From the IMG/VR virus record IMGVR_UViG_3300001525_000065, positions 45,712 to 109,711 of that record: a stretch of 64,000 nt of DNA; one strand, written 5' to 3'. The position numbers were made by a program, and so were the translations under genes. Below, piece after piece: positions 28,961-38,763 of the stretch (position 1 is its first letter; each line of letters starts with the position of its first letter). A model generated the notes under the pieces. The model was not told where the DNA came from. It did not search any database and saw only the letters and a program-made list of their open reading frames with translations. The DNA comes from a virus. Its lineage: Duplodnaviria; Caudoviricetes.

Positions 28961-30753
28961 TATTCTACCTCACCTGAGTAATCACCAAATTCTTCATCAC
29001 TAGCAGTAACTGATCCTGGAGGAGTACTGGTCAGTTCATTCTCATCACTGGATGACTCAATAGGACTAGTAGTCTCGCCAGAGGGAGCAGTTACATCTAT
29101 ATCAATATCATGTGATGGACTTCCACTAATAGGAGTAGATCCGAAGTCACCTGCATCATTGAACTCTTCTTGACCTACTTCATCTTCAGGTGCATCTCTG
29201 AGAATATCTACTAGCTCCGGATCATTCATGAACTGATTAAGCAGATACTCAAATACATCTCTCTTAGTATCATCTGTATATGCCTCACCAAGTAGCTGCA
29301 TAATTGCATCAGTGATGTCTAACTTAGTTCTGAGTGTCTCATCACGCTCAGCATCCTCAGTAGTACTAGGTGATACCATCTTGACTGAGAAGTTATTCAC
29401 ATAATCAGTGAATCCTCTATCAATGGCATATAAATTAAGTAGAGTAGTTATACCTGCGATGTATGCATTCTGTACTCGTTGTACTGATCTAGCATATCTA
29501 GCATCTACTTTAGTAGCGCTTACTCCACCTGAGAATCCATTATCTGGACTATCTAGTCCTAAGTACTGTCTAGGAATTCTGAATCCAGCTGCAAGCTTAT
29601 TAGCATAGTGATCTACATCAGTGATGGATCTTACATCAATATCTCCACCTAGTGACTGGAAACTGATAGCACCTTTACCATTACGAGTAGTAGAATACAC
29701 TACATTATCAATAGGTCCAGGAGCAGCTTGTGACTTATATGTATCACTGTTCTTATCCATCAGATTCTTCTGCTCGACCATGTTCTTTACACGTTTTAGT
29801 AGTTCATTAACACGGTTCTTAGGCATGTCACCTACTTCTATCTGAAGGAATCTGATAATAGCTGACCTAGATGCACGATTCATTACTAAGCTATCTTCCA
29901 TCAATGATAGATCTTGATAAGTACTGTATACATTCTCTAGTAGAGATCTACCTCTCTTGACTCTGAATGTTTCATTAGTGACTTCACCTTTACCATTCTT
30001 TATCTGAAGAGTGATAGTCTCAGGCACTCTCTCAGTACCTGCAGCTAGATAGATATGCACATAAGACTTCTCATCATAGAGATTATCAGTAGTATCAATC
30101 CAGTATCTGTTATTATATAAGTATTGATTAGCGCCATCCACTGCTTCTTCAGTAGGAGTAGGTGTCTCAGCGAATCCAACTGTCTTACCTCTGTAGACTA
30201 TATCAAATATATCTGCAGGATTAGGCACTTGCTCTACATACTCAGAGTAGATGTACCCTTTCTTGACCTTATTGAGTATGAGTCCATCTTGATTGATCTT
30301 ATGAACAGCATTATCTGAATCATAATGCAGTTTGAGATATACATCTCCATACATGCATAATGAGTAGATGTGACTCCATGCATTATCATTAATGCCTAAT
30401 ACATCTAGCAATCTATTGCAGAATGCAGCAGTATTCTGATCCTCACTCTCTACCCATATAACTTGACCTTGTCTATTTGATGGAGTAGCATCATCTGCAT
30501 ACATCTCAATAGCAGATGAAACTAGTGCATCCTGTACCATTCGATCATAAGCTCTGTATCTCTCATTACGAGATGTAGCTAATGTACGAAATCCATTAAG
30601 TGCATTACGATCTAGAAGAGTAGTACCATCTACTTCGAATAGATCAACTAATCCAGCTCTAGCTATCGATGTATTATCAATAGCATCTGTATTAGCTTTT
30701 ACTCTAAGTCCTAGTGCCTCACGTAGTCTAGTACCTAGTGGTTTATTAGCCAT
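28960..30753 (-). CDS. portal protein (gp20-like)
   Basis: Y..M..D..V.SA...YADD, YGD, GRSLLE, L..MED....R..R, I.VG.MP and .P...LG motifs. Confidence 0.93.
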   Translation of the reverse strand: MANKPLGTRLREALGLRVKANTDAIDNTSIARAGLVDLFEVDGTTLLDRNALNGFRTLATSRNERYRAYDRMVQDALVSSAIEMYADDATPSNRQGQVIWVESEDQNTAAFCNRLLDVLGINDNAWSHIYSLCMYGDVYLKLHYDSDNAVHKINQDGLILNKVKKGYIYSEYVEQVPNPADIFDIVYRGKTVGFAETPTPTEEAVDGANQYLYNNRYWIDTTDNLYDEKSYVHIYLAAGTERVPETITLQIKNGKGEVTNETFRVKRGRSLLENVYSTYQDLSLMEDSLVMNRASRSAIIRFLQIEVGDMPKNRVNELLKRVKNMVEQKNLMDKNSDTYKSQAAPGPIDNVVYSTTRNGKGAISFQSLGGDIDVRSITDVDHYANKLAAGFRIPRQYLGLDSPDNGFSGGVSATKVDARYARSVQRVQNAYIAGITTLLNLYAIDRGFTDYVNNFSVKMVSPSTTEDAERDETLRTKLDITDAIMQLLGEAYTDDTKRDVFEYLLNQFMNDPELVDILRDAPEDEVGQEEFNDAGDFGSTPISGSPSHDIDIDVTAPSGETTSPIESSSDENELTSTPPGSVTASDEEFGDYSGEVE

Positions 30754-30773
30754 GTATAACTCACCTCACTCTT

Positions 30774-32240
30774 CTAGAATATTAAGAAGTCATCGTCATT
30801 GTTATACAACAAATCAGATATCTCATCATCAGTAACTTTCCATCGATCCTTAGGATCTATCTTGTTACGTACATCAACTACTGATGTATCTATTTGATTC
30901 TCATCCATTACTGCATTTAACTCAGCTTCAATAGCTTCATCAGTCAACTCAGGTTTATCATCCATATGAGTAGATGGATCATCAAGTAATGCATTAGCTG
31001 CAGATGCATCAGTAGTAGGTTTATCATCAGTATTAGCATCCATTACATTGTATGCATCATCAGATAGATAAATCTGATCACTGCAGTCATACTGAGATGC
31101 ATTGAATAATGCAGCTGCAAGACTGTCCAGACCATCTTTTGAGCCTTTACCGTCATATGTATGATCGATCTTACCTGTCATGTTATTACGTTCTACATTA
31201 ACCATCTCTAGTACTAATTCATGTATGTTCAATAGACTTACACGTTTCTCATTGATAGCTGACTTAAGACACATGTATGCATCTGGAGTTCTATCAACTG
31301 ATAGTAGCTTAGCAGGATATCCAGCATTCTGAAGTATCTGTATGTTATCACGAGATTGGAATCCATCCTGAGTGATACCACATATATTAAATCCAGATTC
31401 CTTCAGATAGTAGATGAATTGTCTATTCTTCTCAAGTGATATCTCATCACCAGATGGACATTGAATAAACACAGTAAAGATATGAGCGAATTGCATCTCA
31501 TGTACTGGGACTGCTTCACCTACATCATTATCGAATCTATCAACCTTTCTTGTACCGGTAATAGCTACCATAGATATACCAGTACGGTCACCTGTTAATG
31601 ACCCATCTATGTGTAAGAAGCAGGGTTTGCTCCTCAGTACTAAATTCACCAATTTAGGATTAAAGTAGTCTGACAATGATTGTGAGTCGTGACAACCTAT
31701 TGTCAATACAGGTGTAGTGAATGGATTAGTACGAGGTCCAAATGCCTCTTTTATACGATCATACACTAAGAATTTAGTAGTCAGTGATGAGCTAATACCT
31801 GCATAATCCATTAGTGATGTATCTACATCAAGATCAAATGCAGACTTGAACTCAATAGGTACCTCTATGATCTTATAACCTTGATTAGCCATAGCTACCT
31901 GATCATCTTCATCAGTCATTACTCTACTACGTAGTATCTTATTACCTACTGCTACTAGGAACTTCTTACCTGAATAGATGTTACTAGGCTTTACATTCCA
32001 TTGAGGTTCATCTATGACTAGTACAGATGGATTATCTTTGACTGTCTGTATATATGACTCAAGGAAGTCTTGTTCACTCTTCTTAGATGATACTAGGAAT
32101 AGCTTAGCTGCTAGGTCACCACCATCTCGTAGGAATCGAGATTCCATACGACGCTTTATGGCACGATATGACTTCATGATCTTGGACTTCTCAAATTGTA
32201 CATCAGCTCCTCCCACGAAGTCTACCTCATCCAATAAAGC
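30774..32240 (-). CDS. terL: terminase large subunit, C-terminal part (Walker B onward plus RNase H-like nuclease)
   Basis: ALLDEVDF Walker B, LVSS coupling motif, HID.S..GD.TG, D.FQS and KIDH…SKD..D. Walker A and the N-terminus are missing. Confidence 0.9.
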   Translation of the reverse strand, partial: ALLDEVDFVGGADVQFEKSKIMKSYRAIKRRMESRFLRDGGDLAAKLFLVSSKKSEQDFLESYIQTVKDNPSVLVIDEPQWNVKPSNIYSGKKFLVAVGNKILRSRVMTDEDDQVAMANQGYKIIEVPIEFKSAFDLDVDTSLMDYAGISSSLTTKFLVYDRIKEAFGPRTNPFTTPVLTIGCHDSQSLSDYFNPKLVNLVLRSKPCFLHIDGSLTGDRTGISMVAITGTRKVDRFDNDVGEAVPVHEMQFAHIFTVFIQCPSGDEISLEKNRQFIYYLKESGFNICGITQDGFQSRDNIQILQNAGYPAKLLSVDRTPDAYMCLKSAINEKRVSLLNIHELVLEMVNVERNNMTGKIDHTYDGKGSKDGLDSLAAALFNASQYDCSDQIYLSDDAYNVMDANTDDKPTTDASAANALLDDPSTHMDDKPELTDEAIEAELNAVMDENQIDTSVVDVRNKIDPKDRWKVTDDEISDLLYNNDDDFLIF

Positions 32241-32250
32241 TCATGATCTA
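32241..32250 (-). other. 10-nt coding gap TAGATCATGA between IntC-Cys and the TerL Walker B codons
   Basis: TGC | TAG ATCA TGA | GCT TTA TTG GAT GAG. Removing the 10 nt gives HN-C-ALLDEVDF. Confidence 0.85.
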
Positions 32251-32382
32251 GCAATTATGAGATACTATATAATTATCATGATCACATTTTACTAAGAAGT
32301 TATGATAAGGATTAGCATTTATAACGTCATATACTGGTATTGGATTATCATAATGAATATGTGATACTTTAGTTACTCTCAT
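32251..32382 (-). CDS. split-intein C-fragment (IntC, 43 aa) plus +1 Cys, heading TerL-C
   Basis: Strong SD AAGGAGGTGAT, then MRVTKVSHIHYDNPIPVYDVINANPYHNFLVKCDHDNYIVSHN-C. Contains intein block F (VYD..HNF) and block G (SHN|C). Confidence 0.9.
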
Positions 32383-32395
32383 AATTACTTGATCA

Positions 32396-32563
32396 CCTCC
32401 TTCACAAATGTATTATAAATCTTATCTAGCAGTATGCATAGTAATGCATTTGAATATATGAGATGACTAGTGAAGGAGATAGTCATCCATACTTCATTTA
32501 CTTTACTATGTATACTTATCTCATAAGGTCATGAGTCTTATGCTACCTAGATAAGAATTTATA
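32396..32563 (-). promoter_or_regulatory. structured 5' leader of IntC-terL with an anti-SD hairpin loop
   Basis: Long-range stem 32547-63/32414-29. Hairpin GAUGACUA-UCUCCUUCAC-UAGUCAUC whose loop is complementary to the SD GUGAAGGAGG. Confidence 0.6.
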
Positions 32564-32598
32564 AGTTATATAATAGAATTTTACTAATGCAGAATGCC

Positions 32599-32713
32599 CA
32601 CTTAGTGCTATGAGACGTTTAGAGCCTCTCTAGACGTTGTTTAGACATACAGGGGCAAAACCCTCCCCTTGGAATCAAAGACGCTTATAAGACGTTCTAG
32701 ACGTGCTAGAGCA
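32599..32713. repeat. ~120-bp dispersed palindrome, copy 4 (inverted)
   Basis: Reverse complement of the copy 1 core (AGGGGCAAAACCCTCCCCTTG). Confidence 0.85.
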
Positions 32714-32722
32714 TGAATGAGT

Positions 32723-33139
32723 TTATCTACAATTATGGCAAGTATAATGATCTATACCTGCACGTTCTTTAAGAGATGCCATCCACATAATGGGTAAACA
32801 TGAAGATATATCCAAATTATAATAGCTAGTGATGAGATCTTTATAATGATCAGTGTCTATGCACTTATCCATAAATATCATAACTGAATAAGATGTGAAT
32901 TTATTATCAGATGTATAGTTAGGATCTACTATCACTCTACCTCTAGGATAATAGTCAAATGGCACTTCATGACCATCCACTAGGTATTTAGATCTGTAAT
33001 GATGCCATGTATTCTCATGAGTCTTATTAGCTAATGAGTATTCATAGTTATAATGAGGCACTTCTACTGCAGAACCTACCACTTCATTATCAATAATCCA
33101 GAAGTATCCTTCAGATGGATAAGATTCTAAAATCTTCAT
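32723..33139 (-). CDS. hypothetical protein (paralog of 53392..53799)
   Basis: Shared G.FW, H...W, P[FY]DYYPRGRV and HY motifs. Confidence 0.6.
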   Translation of the reverse strand: MKILESYPSEGYFWIIDNEVVGSAVEVPHYNYEYSLANKTHENTWHHYRSKYLVDGHEVPFDYYPRGRVIVDPNYTSDNKFTSYSVMIFMDKCIDTDHYKDLITSYYNLDISSCLPIMWMASLKERAGIDHYTCHNCR

Positions 33140-33151
33140 AATACATCTCCA

Positions 33152-33649
33152 TTACTCTTTCTCTCTAGGAGATAGATCTACTGATCCATTCTCATAAGTA
33201 GCTATCCTCTTAGGTATCCATTCATATTTACTCTTCTTCATATATGATGCACGATTAAGTGCATTTGATCTGGTAGGGAAGATAAGTATGGACTCATTAC
33301 TCTTATCAGTAGTATAGCCATCAGATGTGAGATATCTATTGCCTGATGCCAATACATAACCATAACCATAAGAATCCATATTCTTAGATAGCATACTCAC
33401 TGTAGATGATTTCTTAGTCTTGAACTTGAGAGTAGGAATTTCTATTTCACCAGGATCAGTAGTATTCTGTAGGATACTCTTCACTTCTGCATCAATGTCT
33501 AAGATCTTATCTTTAGGCAAGTCTAATTCTAGGAGTTTCTTAGCTACTTCCTCAGGATAATTATACATGATTGATACATGTTCAATGCCATCCTTAGCAA
33601 TTATAGCAGAGTATCTACGCTCAATTAACACTATCATTGTATCATTCAC
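33152..33649 (-). CDS. hypothetical protein
   Basis: ORF within the operon. Confidence 0.5.
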   Translation of the reverse strand: MNDTMIVLIERRYSAIIAKDGIEHVSIMYNYPEEVAKKLLELDLPKDKILDIDAEVKSILQNTTDPGEIEIPTLKFKTKKSSTVSMLSKNMDSYGYGYVLASGNRYLTSDGYTTDKSNESILIFPTRSNALNRASYMKKSKYEWIPKRIATYENGSVDLSPREKE

Positions 33650-34176
33650 CTCATTATATCTATCTTACTACCTAGTGATAATCTAGCATACTTGAATCCA
33701 TGACTATGCATCTGATAATTCTTATTAGTCTCATAAAGATGACCAGATGAATAGTACCTACGAATTCTATCTACTACATAATCAGTACCATCATCTAGTG
33801 TATACATCTTAGATTGATCACCTATCAGTACTTCTACTATGTGAGTAGTCCTAGCAAGATAATCTAGCCATACTAATAATGTGTTAGATTGTTCATGAGT
33901 AATGACATGATCAGGACTACACATGACATAGTACTTAGGTACATCACATCTTATGCATCCTAGATCTCTCAGGGTTGGACTGCCTGCAGTTCTGATGTAT
34001 TCATATGATGATAAATTATTATCAATGAGCCATTTCTCTACATCCGAATGATGACTGCATCTGGATAGATTCAATAAGTATCCATTAGGTAGAATGTATG
34101 CAGGTCCATTGTATGGATGATCAATAGTACCATAATGATCTACTATGAGATCTAATAATGCATCTGAATCCATCAT
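33646..34176 (-). CDS. hypothetical protein
   Basis: YILPNG..L…HH…G.IR pattern; coupled ORF. Confidence 0.5.
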   Translation of the reverse strand: MMDSDALLDLIVDHYGTIDHPYNGPAYILPNGYLLNLSRCSHHSDVEKWLIDNNLSSYEYIRTAGSPTLRDLGCIRCDVPKYYVMCSPDHVITHEQSNTLLVWLDYLARTTHIVEVLIGDQSKMYTLDDGTDYVVDRIRRYYSSGHLYETNKNYQMHSHGFKYARLSLGSKIDIMR

Positions 34177-35795
34177 AGGATATCATCTAGGAGATCAAGC
34201 TGAACAATCTCATAGTCTAGACAATCATCCTCAGTACAATCAGAATCAGGATCAGGCTCAAGTAGCTCTAGCTGCTCAGCACCTTCATCCTCACCTTTAG
34301 CTATGTCATTAGTGACCTCTGAGATCTGCTTAAGACACTCCTGAAGCTGACCTACATGCTTATTCTCCTCAGAGTTGATATCATCAATAACTGCTAGCAT
34401 CTGATTATGACCTAGTTCTACTATGTAATCATGAAGCTTATTATAGTCATTGATGGTATCCCATTCTGCATTGATCATCTCAATGAGTGCATCTGCTAGC
34501 TCAGTATCATTAGCGCATAGTTTATTATTGAGTTCTAGCTTCTCAGTCTTAGCCTTATTAGCAAACATAGCACGTCTCTGTGCATCAGCTTGTTTCTTAG
34601 TTCTAAACTCTCCATGAGTCTTGCCTGACTTACCTACATTGACCCATTTATTACCTCTCTTGACTGTGTCTTCACTGAGATTATCATGCATAAGACTGAA
34701 GGTATTTCTGATTGATGCTACCTGACTAAGTATCTCAGTTCTATACTCAGGATGTTTATCAATCATCTTCTCTAAAGAATACTTGATTGCATATGCATCT
34801 TCATTTATCTTATCTAGATATTTATCTAGATCATCCTGAGTAAATGATCCATCTCTCCAATCTTCGTCAAGTGGCACTTCTACATCATCAGGTAGCACAT
34901 AGATATCAGTAAGATCTACATCACTGAGCTCTCTCGCACAGTCTCTGGCATCCTGTACATATCTAACGAACTGTTCATACTCGTTGAGCCTCAGAGATCC
35001 ATAGTTGTCAGTTGTAATTTTGAATTCTTCAGTCCTATAATCGTACCAAATCTCAGGAGCGTACTGATGATCATTGGATAGTTCTATAACTATCTGATCT
35101 CCATCACGGAATGCATTGCCAAGAATGTATCCGTACTTATATGCTATCTCATCTATCTCAAGAAATACATCAGAATCTCTCATCTCTTGCTCAGGGTCTA
35201 TGTACTCAAGCAGGTCAATACTATCTACCTTACCCGAAGATACATTAGATGCCTGAGTAGCTTCCTCGAAGATATCATCATCCTCATCATAATCATCAGG
35301 ATAACTAATTACCTTATCTGCAAGATCTTTCTTAATGGACCATCCAGACTCATCATCAGGCTCATCAGATGCCCACCATGTCTCATCATCTATCTCACGC
35401 ACAATGTATAGATCACCATAAGGTCCAAAGTCCACTAAGGTGCCTTTAGGAAGATCAGTAGGAACTTTATCTTCAGTCAGGCATTCACCAACCTCACAAG
35501 GTATCTCGATCTCATCTGCATGATAGTCAGTAACGTCTTTATAGATCTTATCACCTGATTCTTCATCCTGACCCGTAATATTATGAGTAGTCACTGAGTA
35601 CTTCACCTTATACTTATGACCAGTTTCAGTATCTCCTAGATCCTCATAAGAATCTAGAGAAATGGATGACATCTCATTATCATTAGCATTATTAAGATAA
35701 TCAGTTATCTTAGTTCTGACTTCTTCTGATTCTCTAATTATTTTCATTGGAATCACTCCTTTATAGATTTCCATATAGGTGCTGTATTCTGCCAA
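34173..35795 (-). CDS. acidic multidomain protein, putative internal head protein, with a C-terminal ferritin-like ExxH segment
   Basis: Likely start MKIIRES; multiple LxE sites; AEWDT…EENKH. Confidence 0.45.
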   Translation of the reverse strand: MAEYSTYMEIYKGVIPMKIIRESEEVRTKITDYLNNANDNEMSSISLDSYEDLGDTETGHKYKVKYSVTTHNITGQDEESGDKIYKDVTDYHADEIEIPCEVGECLTEDKVPTDLPKGTLVDFGPYGDLYIVREIDDETWWASDEPDDESGWSIKKDLADKVISYPDDYDEDDDIFEEATQASNVSSGKVDSIDLLEYIDPEQEMRDSDVFLEIDEIAYKYGYILGNAFRDGDQIVIELSNDHQYAPEIWYDYRTEEFKITTDNYGSLRLNEYEQFVRYVQDARDCARELSDVDLTDIYVLPDDVEVPLDEDWRDGSFTQDDLDKYLDKINEDAYAIKYSLEKMIDKHPEYRTEILSQVASIRNTFSLMHDNLSEDTVKRGNKWVNVGKSGKTHGEFRTKKQADAQRRAMFANKAKTEKLELNNKLCANDTELADALIEMINAEWDTINDYNKLHDYIVELGHNQMLAVIDDINSEENKHVGQLQECLKQISEVTNDIAKGEDEGAEQLELLEPDPDSDCTEDDCLDYEIVQLDLLDDIL

Positions 35796-36472
35796 TTACT
35801 GGCATCAGATGCAGGTAGTTGTTCCAGAGCATATACCACTTTCTTATCTCTACGATAAACTAGCGCACCTACTTCCACATCTGTAAGGCTGGTCATGCTT
35901 GATTCATCATCAGCTACAAAGATCTGAGGAGTAGCTCTAGCACTCTTATTAAGATCAGGATCTCTTACAAATGATCGAGTAACTGCATCATAATAATAGT
36001 ACACTGTATCCTGATTATAATTCTTATCATGCACTACCTTGATTACTTTACCATTAGCTAGGAAATCAGAAGGTAGTCTAAGCATCGAATCGAAAGTAGG
36101 TACTACTATGAATTTATCAGCATCTGGATTAAGATAAGATGATGCTTGGTAAGTAAGTGTTAATTCATAACTGCTAGTCAATACATCAATATCATCTGCA
36201 ATAAGCGTTATGATGAACTTACATGAGATAACCTTATTAGGTTCAACTAGATCAGATGGAATTGATACATCTCCATTAGCATCTAGTTCTATTCTCTCAG
36301 ATGTAAGTCCAGTATCATTTATCATGTATTGCATCTTGTACTTGTCAGTAGTGTAATTATCTGGATAATTAGTACGAATAACATATGTATCAACTATTGT
36401 TGGATCAACCTGAATGACTGACCATGCATCACCACTAGCAAATCCATTCGAGTTAATATCTATATTAATCAT
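35753..36472 (-). CDS. putative virion structural protein
   Basis: C-terminal segment (LTDVEVGALVYR.D…ASNW) resembles fibre-associated domains. Confidence 0.4.
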   Translation of the reverse strand: MINIDINSNGFASGDAWSVIQVDPTIVDTYVIRTNYPDNYTTDKYKMQYMINDTGLTSERIELDANGDVSIPSDLVEPNKVISCKFIITLIADDIDVLTSSYELTLTYQASSYLNPDADKFIVVPTFDSMLRLPSDFLANGKVIKVVHDKNYNQDTVYYYYDAVTRSFVRDPDLNKSARATPQIFVADDESSMTSLTDVEVGALVYRRDKKVVYALEQLPASDASNWQNTAPIWKSIKE

Positions 36473-36870
36473 ACATACTCCTTACCTAGTGCTAGAGGTC
36501 TACATAGCCTACGAATCTCATCCTCAATGATGAATGTGTTCTGACTGAGCTTATCAGTATCCATGGTCCTAGCACTAGTTACTGACTGACCAGTCATGAG
36601 ATTGATCTTATCCTTATTGATCTCGACAATAACCTGATCATCCTTAGGTTCACAAGGTTTAGCTACTGCAGAATTGCCTCTGATTACTCGATTGATAGCT
36701 GCAGCAGTATCAATGGTAATTTGATAAGGGCAGTCAACTCCAGTAATAGTATTGTAATTGATAAGTTCATTGAGTATCTCAGCTAGGTCACCTGACTTGA
36801 GTACTTTCATCACATTATCAAATCCAATGCCAGTAGTCATAATTGCTTCATTGACTCTCTTTACTCTCAT
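36469..36870 (-). CDS. hypothetical protein
   Basis: ORF overlapping its neighbours. Confidence 0.5.
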   Translation of the reverse strand: MRVKRVNEAIMTTGIGFDNVMKVLKSGDLAEILNELINYNTITGVDCPYQITIDTAAAINRVIRGNSAVAKPCEPKDDQVIVEINKDKINLMTGQSVTSARTMDTDKLSQNTFIIEDEIRRLCRPLALGKEYV

Positions 36871-37876
36871 TCATTTTATCCTCACTTTCATTAGAATTAT
36901 TCCTAGGTCTGTATGCTCTCATCTTCTTATGAGTGTAGTGCCTACGTACCTGGTACTTAGAAAACTCACAAAAGATATTCTCTAGTGACATTATATTTAT
37001 ACATCTGTCATATTCTAGTAGATCATAGAATAATTCATTAGGATTATAATGCAGATGATTCTGATTAAAGATACTAGCTAGATTATCTCTAATCCAGAAT
37101 AAAAGCTCATCATCTGATAATCCATCTAAGTCAGTTATCAACATATGCAATCCATATGAGCATCCAGGTCCACTGACTACAAATTCATTCTCACTAAATG
37201 GAAATTCATCTATGTAGCATAGATCTACATAGAACTGATAAGCTAAGAATGATCCACATCCAAAGATGCTATGTTGTAATAAATTATACACATCTACTTG
37301 ACTATTGCATGATAACAATTTATCAGCTAGTCCATTCTGTATAAGATCTCTAGTTATGTATAATGGAGCATACTGGGATTGACTAGAATAGTCCAGATCA
37401 TACTTCTTACAGTTATGTATTCTGAATCCAATAGTCTTGTATGCATTAGTGTAATATAATGCATTAGTAACTGAATCAAGAGCAGTTATGCATCGATCAA
37501 TCCATCCATCAGTAAATCTGATAGGAAGATCAAGCAGCTCACCAGTAGTATCTACATTATACATTCTATACAGCAATGTATTGTAAATTCTATCTGATAA
37601 ACTAAATGAATCATTGTTACTTATGTGATTGATCAGCCATTTACTGCATCTGTCATGCTCACGTCTTACCTGAGTGAATCTTAGCCTACTTAGTATTGGA
37701 TCAGTAGTCCATGGACTAGGTAGTTGCAATACATCTTTCTTTATATGTATTGAGTATCTTTCGTGGATATAGTAGTGCAGTAGTTTAAGCATCTCAAGAT
37801 CATACGATGGATGAGCATTATGGATCTTAGATTCATCCACATTGCAATAATGTATGTCACTAGGTTTAGTTATCAT
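36848..37876 (-). CDS. aGPT-Pplase1-family (5hmdU kinase helical domain) DNA base-modification enzyme
   Basis: ER..I..KK….PWT.DPIL..RFT.V.RE.DR, G.FLAYQ..D, GPG…GL and EN..CE..KY motifs. Confidence 0.8.
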   Translation of the reverse strand: MITKPSDIHYCNVDESKIHNAHPSYDLEMLKLLHYYIHERYSIHIKKDVLQLPSPWTTDPILSRLRFTQVRREHDRCSKWLINHISNNDSFSLSDRIYNTLLYRMYNVDTTGELLDLPIRFTDGWIDRCITALDSVTNALYYTNAYKTIGFRIHNCKKYDLDYSSQSQYAPLYITRDLIQNGLADKLLSCNSQVDVYNLLQHSIFGCGSFLAYQFYVDLCYIDEFPFSENEFVVSGPGCSYGLHMLITDLDGLSDDELLFWIRDNLASIFNQNHLHYNPNELFYDLLEYDRCINIMSLENIFCEFSKYQVRRHYTHKKMRAYRPRNNSNESEDKMNESKESQ

Positions 37877-37905
37877 AAGTAACCTCCATTGCCTATGATA
37901 ATCAA

Positions 37906-38760
37906 TTATACACTAGTTAGATCAGATGCATCCTGACTCCATATATCTGCTAATGCATCTCCATACTCTGATACCTGATTATTGATCCATGACATCTCAC
38001 TAATGACATCTGCATTATTCTGGATGTTATCATTAATAGCATCTGAGATATCTTCTCCGTTCTCTCTAGCATCTCGTATAATTGGATAGAATACATCTGG
38101 TAGAATATCAGCTATGCCCTGATAAACTCTATTATAGCTATACTGTGTAGAGATCTCGTTACTACGTGCAGCAGCATAGATAGCAAAATAATCATCTTCA
38201 GGAGATGGATCGACTGGTATTACATCGTCAATGATAAGATCTATAAGACCCTTCTTGGTATCAATACCTTCATACTCCTTCATGATGTCAAGAATTTCAG
38301 AGTCATCACTATCTACTGCAGATGTGTCATCTTCTGTCTCTTCTGCTTCAGTCACTGCTAGCTTGGATTCATCAAGATTAGTAGGTACTACAAATAGCCA
38401 ATAAGGATATCTACCCTCATCTGCATCAGTAGTATCTACCATCTTGTACCCTAGCTTACGTAGCTGAGCTGCTTGAGTTCTACGATCACCTTTAGTCTTA
38501 TAACTAAGCTGATACACATTGTCAGTATCGATGAAGTCATAAGGATCATAGTACACATACTTGTCTACCTGATTCTTAGTGAGATGCTTTACCTTAGGTG
38601 CATACTTAGATAGCTCAGGAATCTTATCAGTAAACTTACCATCAATGAATGCCTTAGCTACTTCTTCAGTAGGTAAATCTGCCATATCCTCCATCTTATC
38701 GATGAATACTGAATAGCTGCCATCATCCATCTTCTTGATTTCATAACCTCTATAAGTCAT
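37906..38760 (-). CDS. acidic hypothetical protein
   Basis: YRGYEI N-terminal motif; LDES and VTEA sites. Confidence 0.5.
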   Translation of the reverse strand: MTYRGYEIKKMDDGSYSVFIDKMEDMADLPTEEVAKAFIDGKFTDKIPELSKYAPKVKHLTKNQVDKYVYYDPYDFIDTDNVYQLSYKTKGDRRTQAAQLRKLGYKMVDTTDADEGRYPYWLFVVPTNLDESKLAVTEAEETEDDTSAVDSDDSEILDIMKEYEGIDTKKGLIDLIIDDVIPVDPSPEDDYFAIYAAARSNEISTQYSYNRVYQGIADILPDVFYPIIRDARENGEDISDAINDNIQNNADVISEMSWINNQVSEYGDALADIWSQDASDLTSV

Positions 38761-38763
38761 GAG

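Noticed and set aside
30774-32234. TerL starting at TTG 32234, as in the ORF track
   Set aside because: This start falls inside the Walker B motif and has no SD. The upstream IntC with a strong SD explains the locus better.
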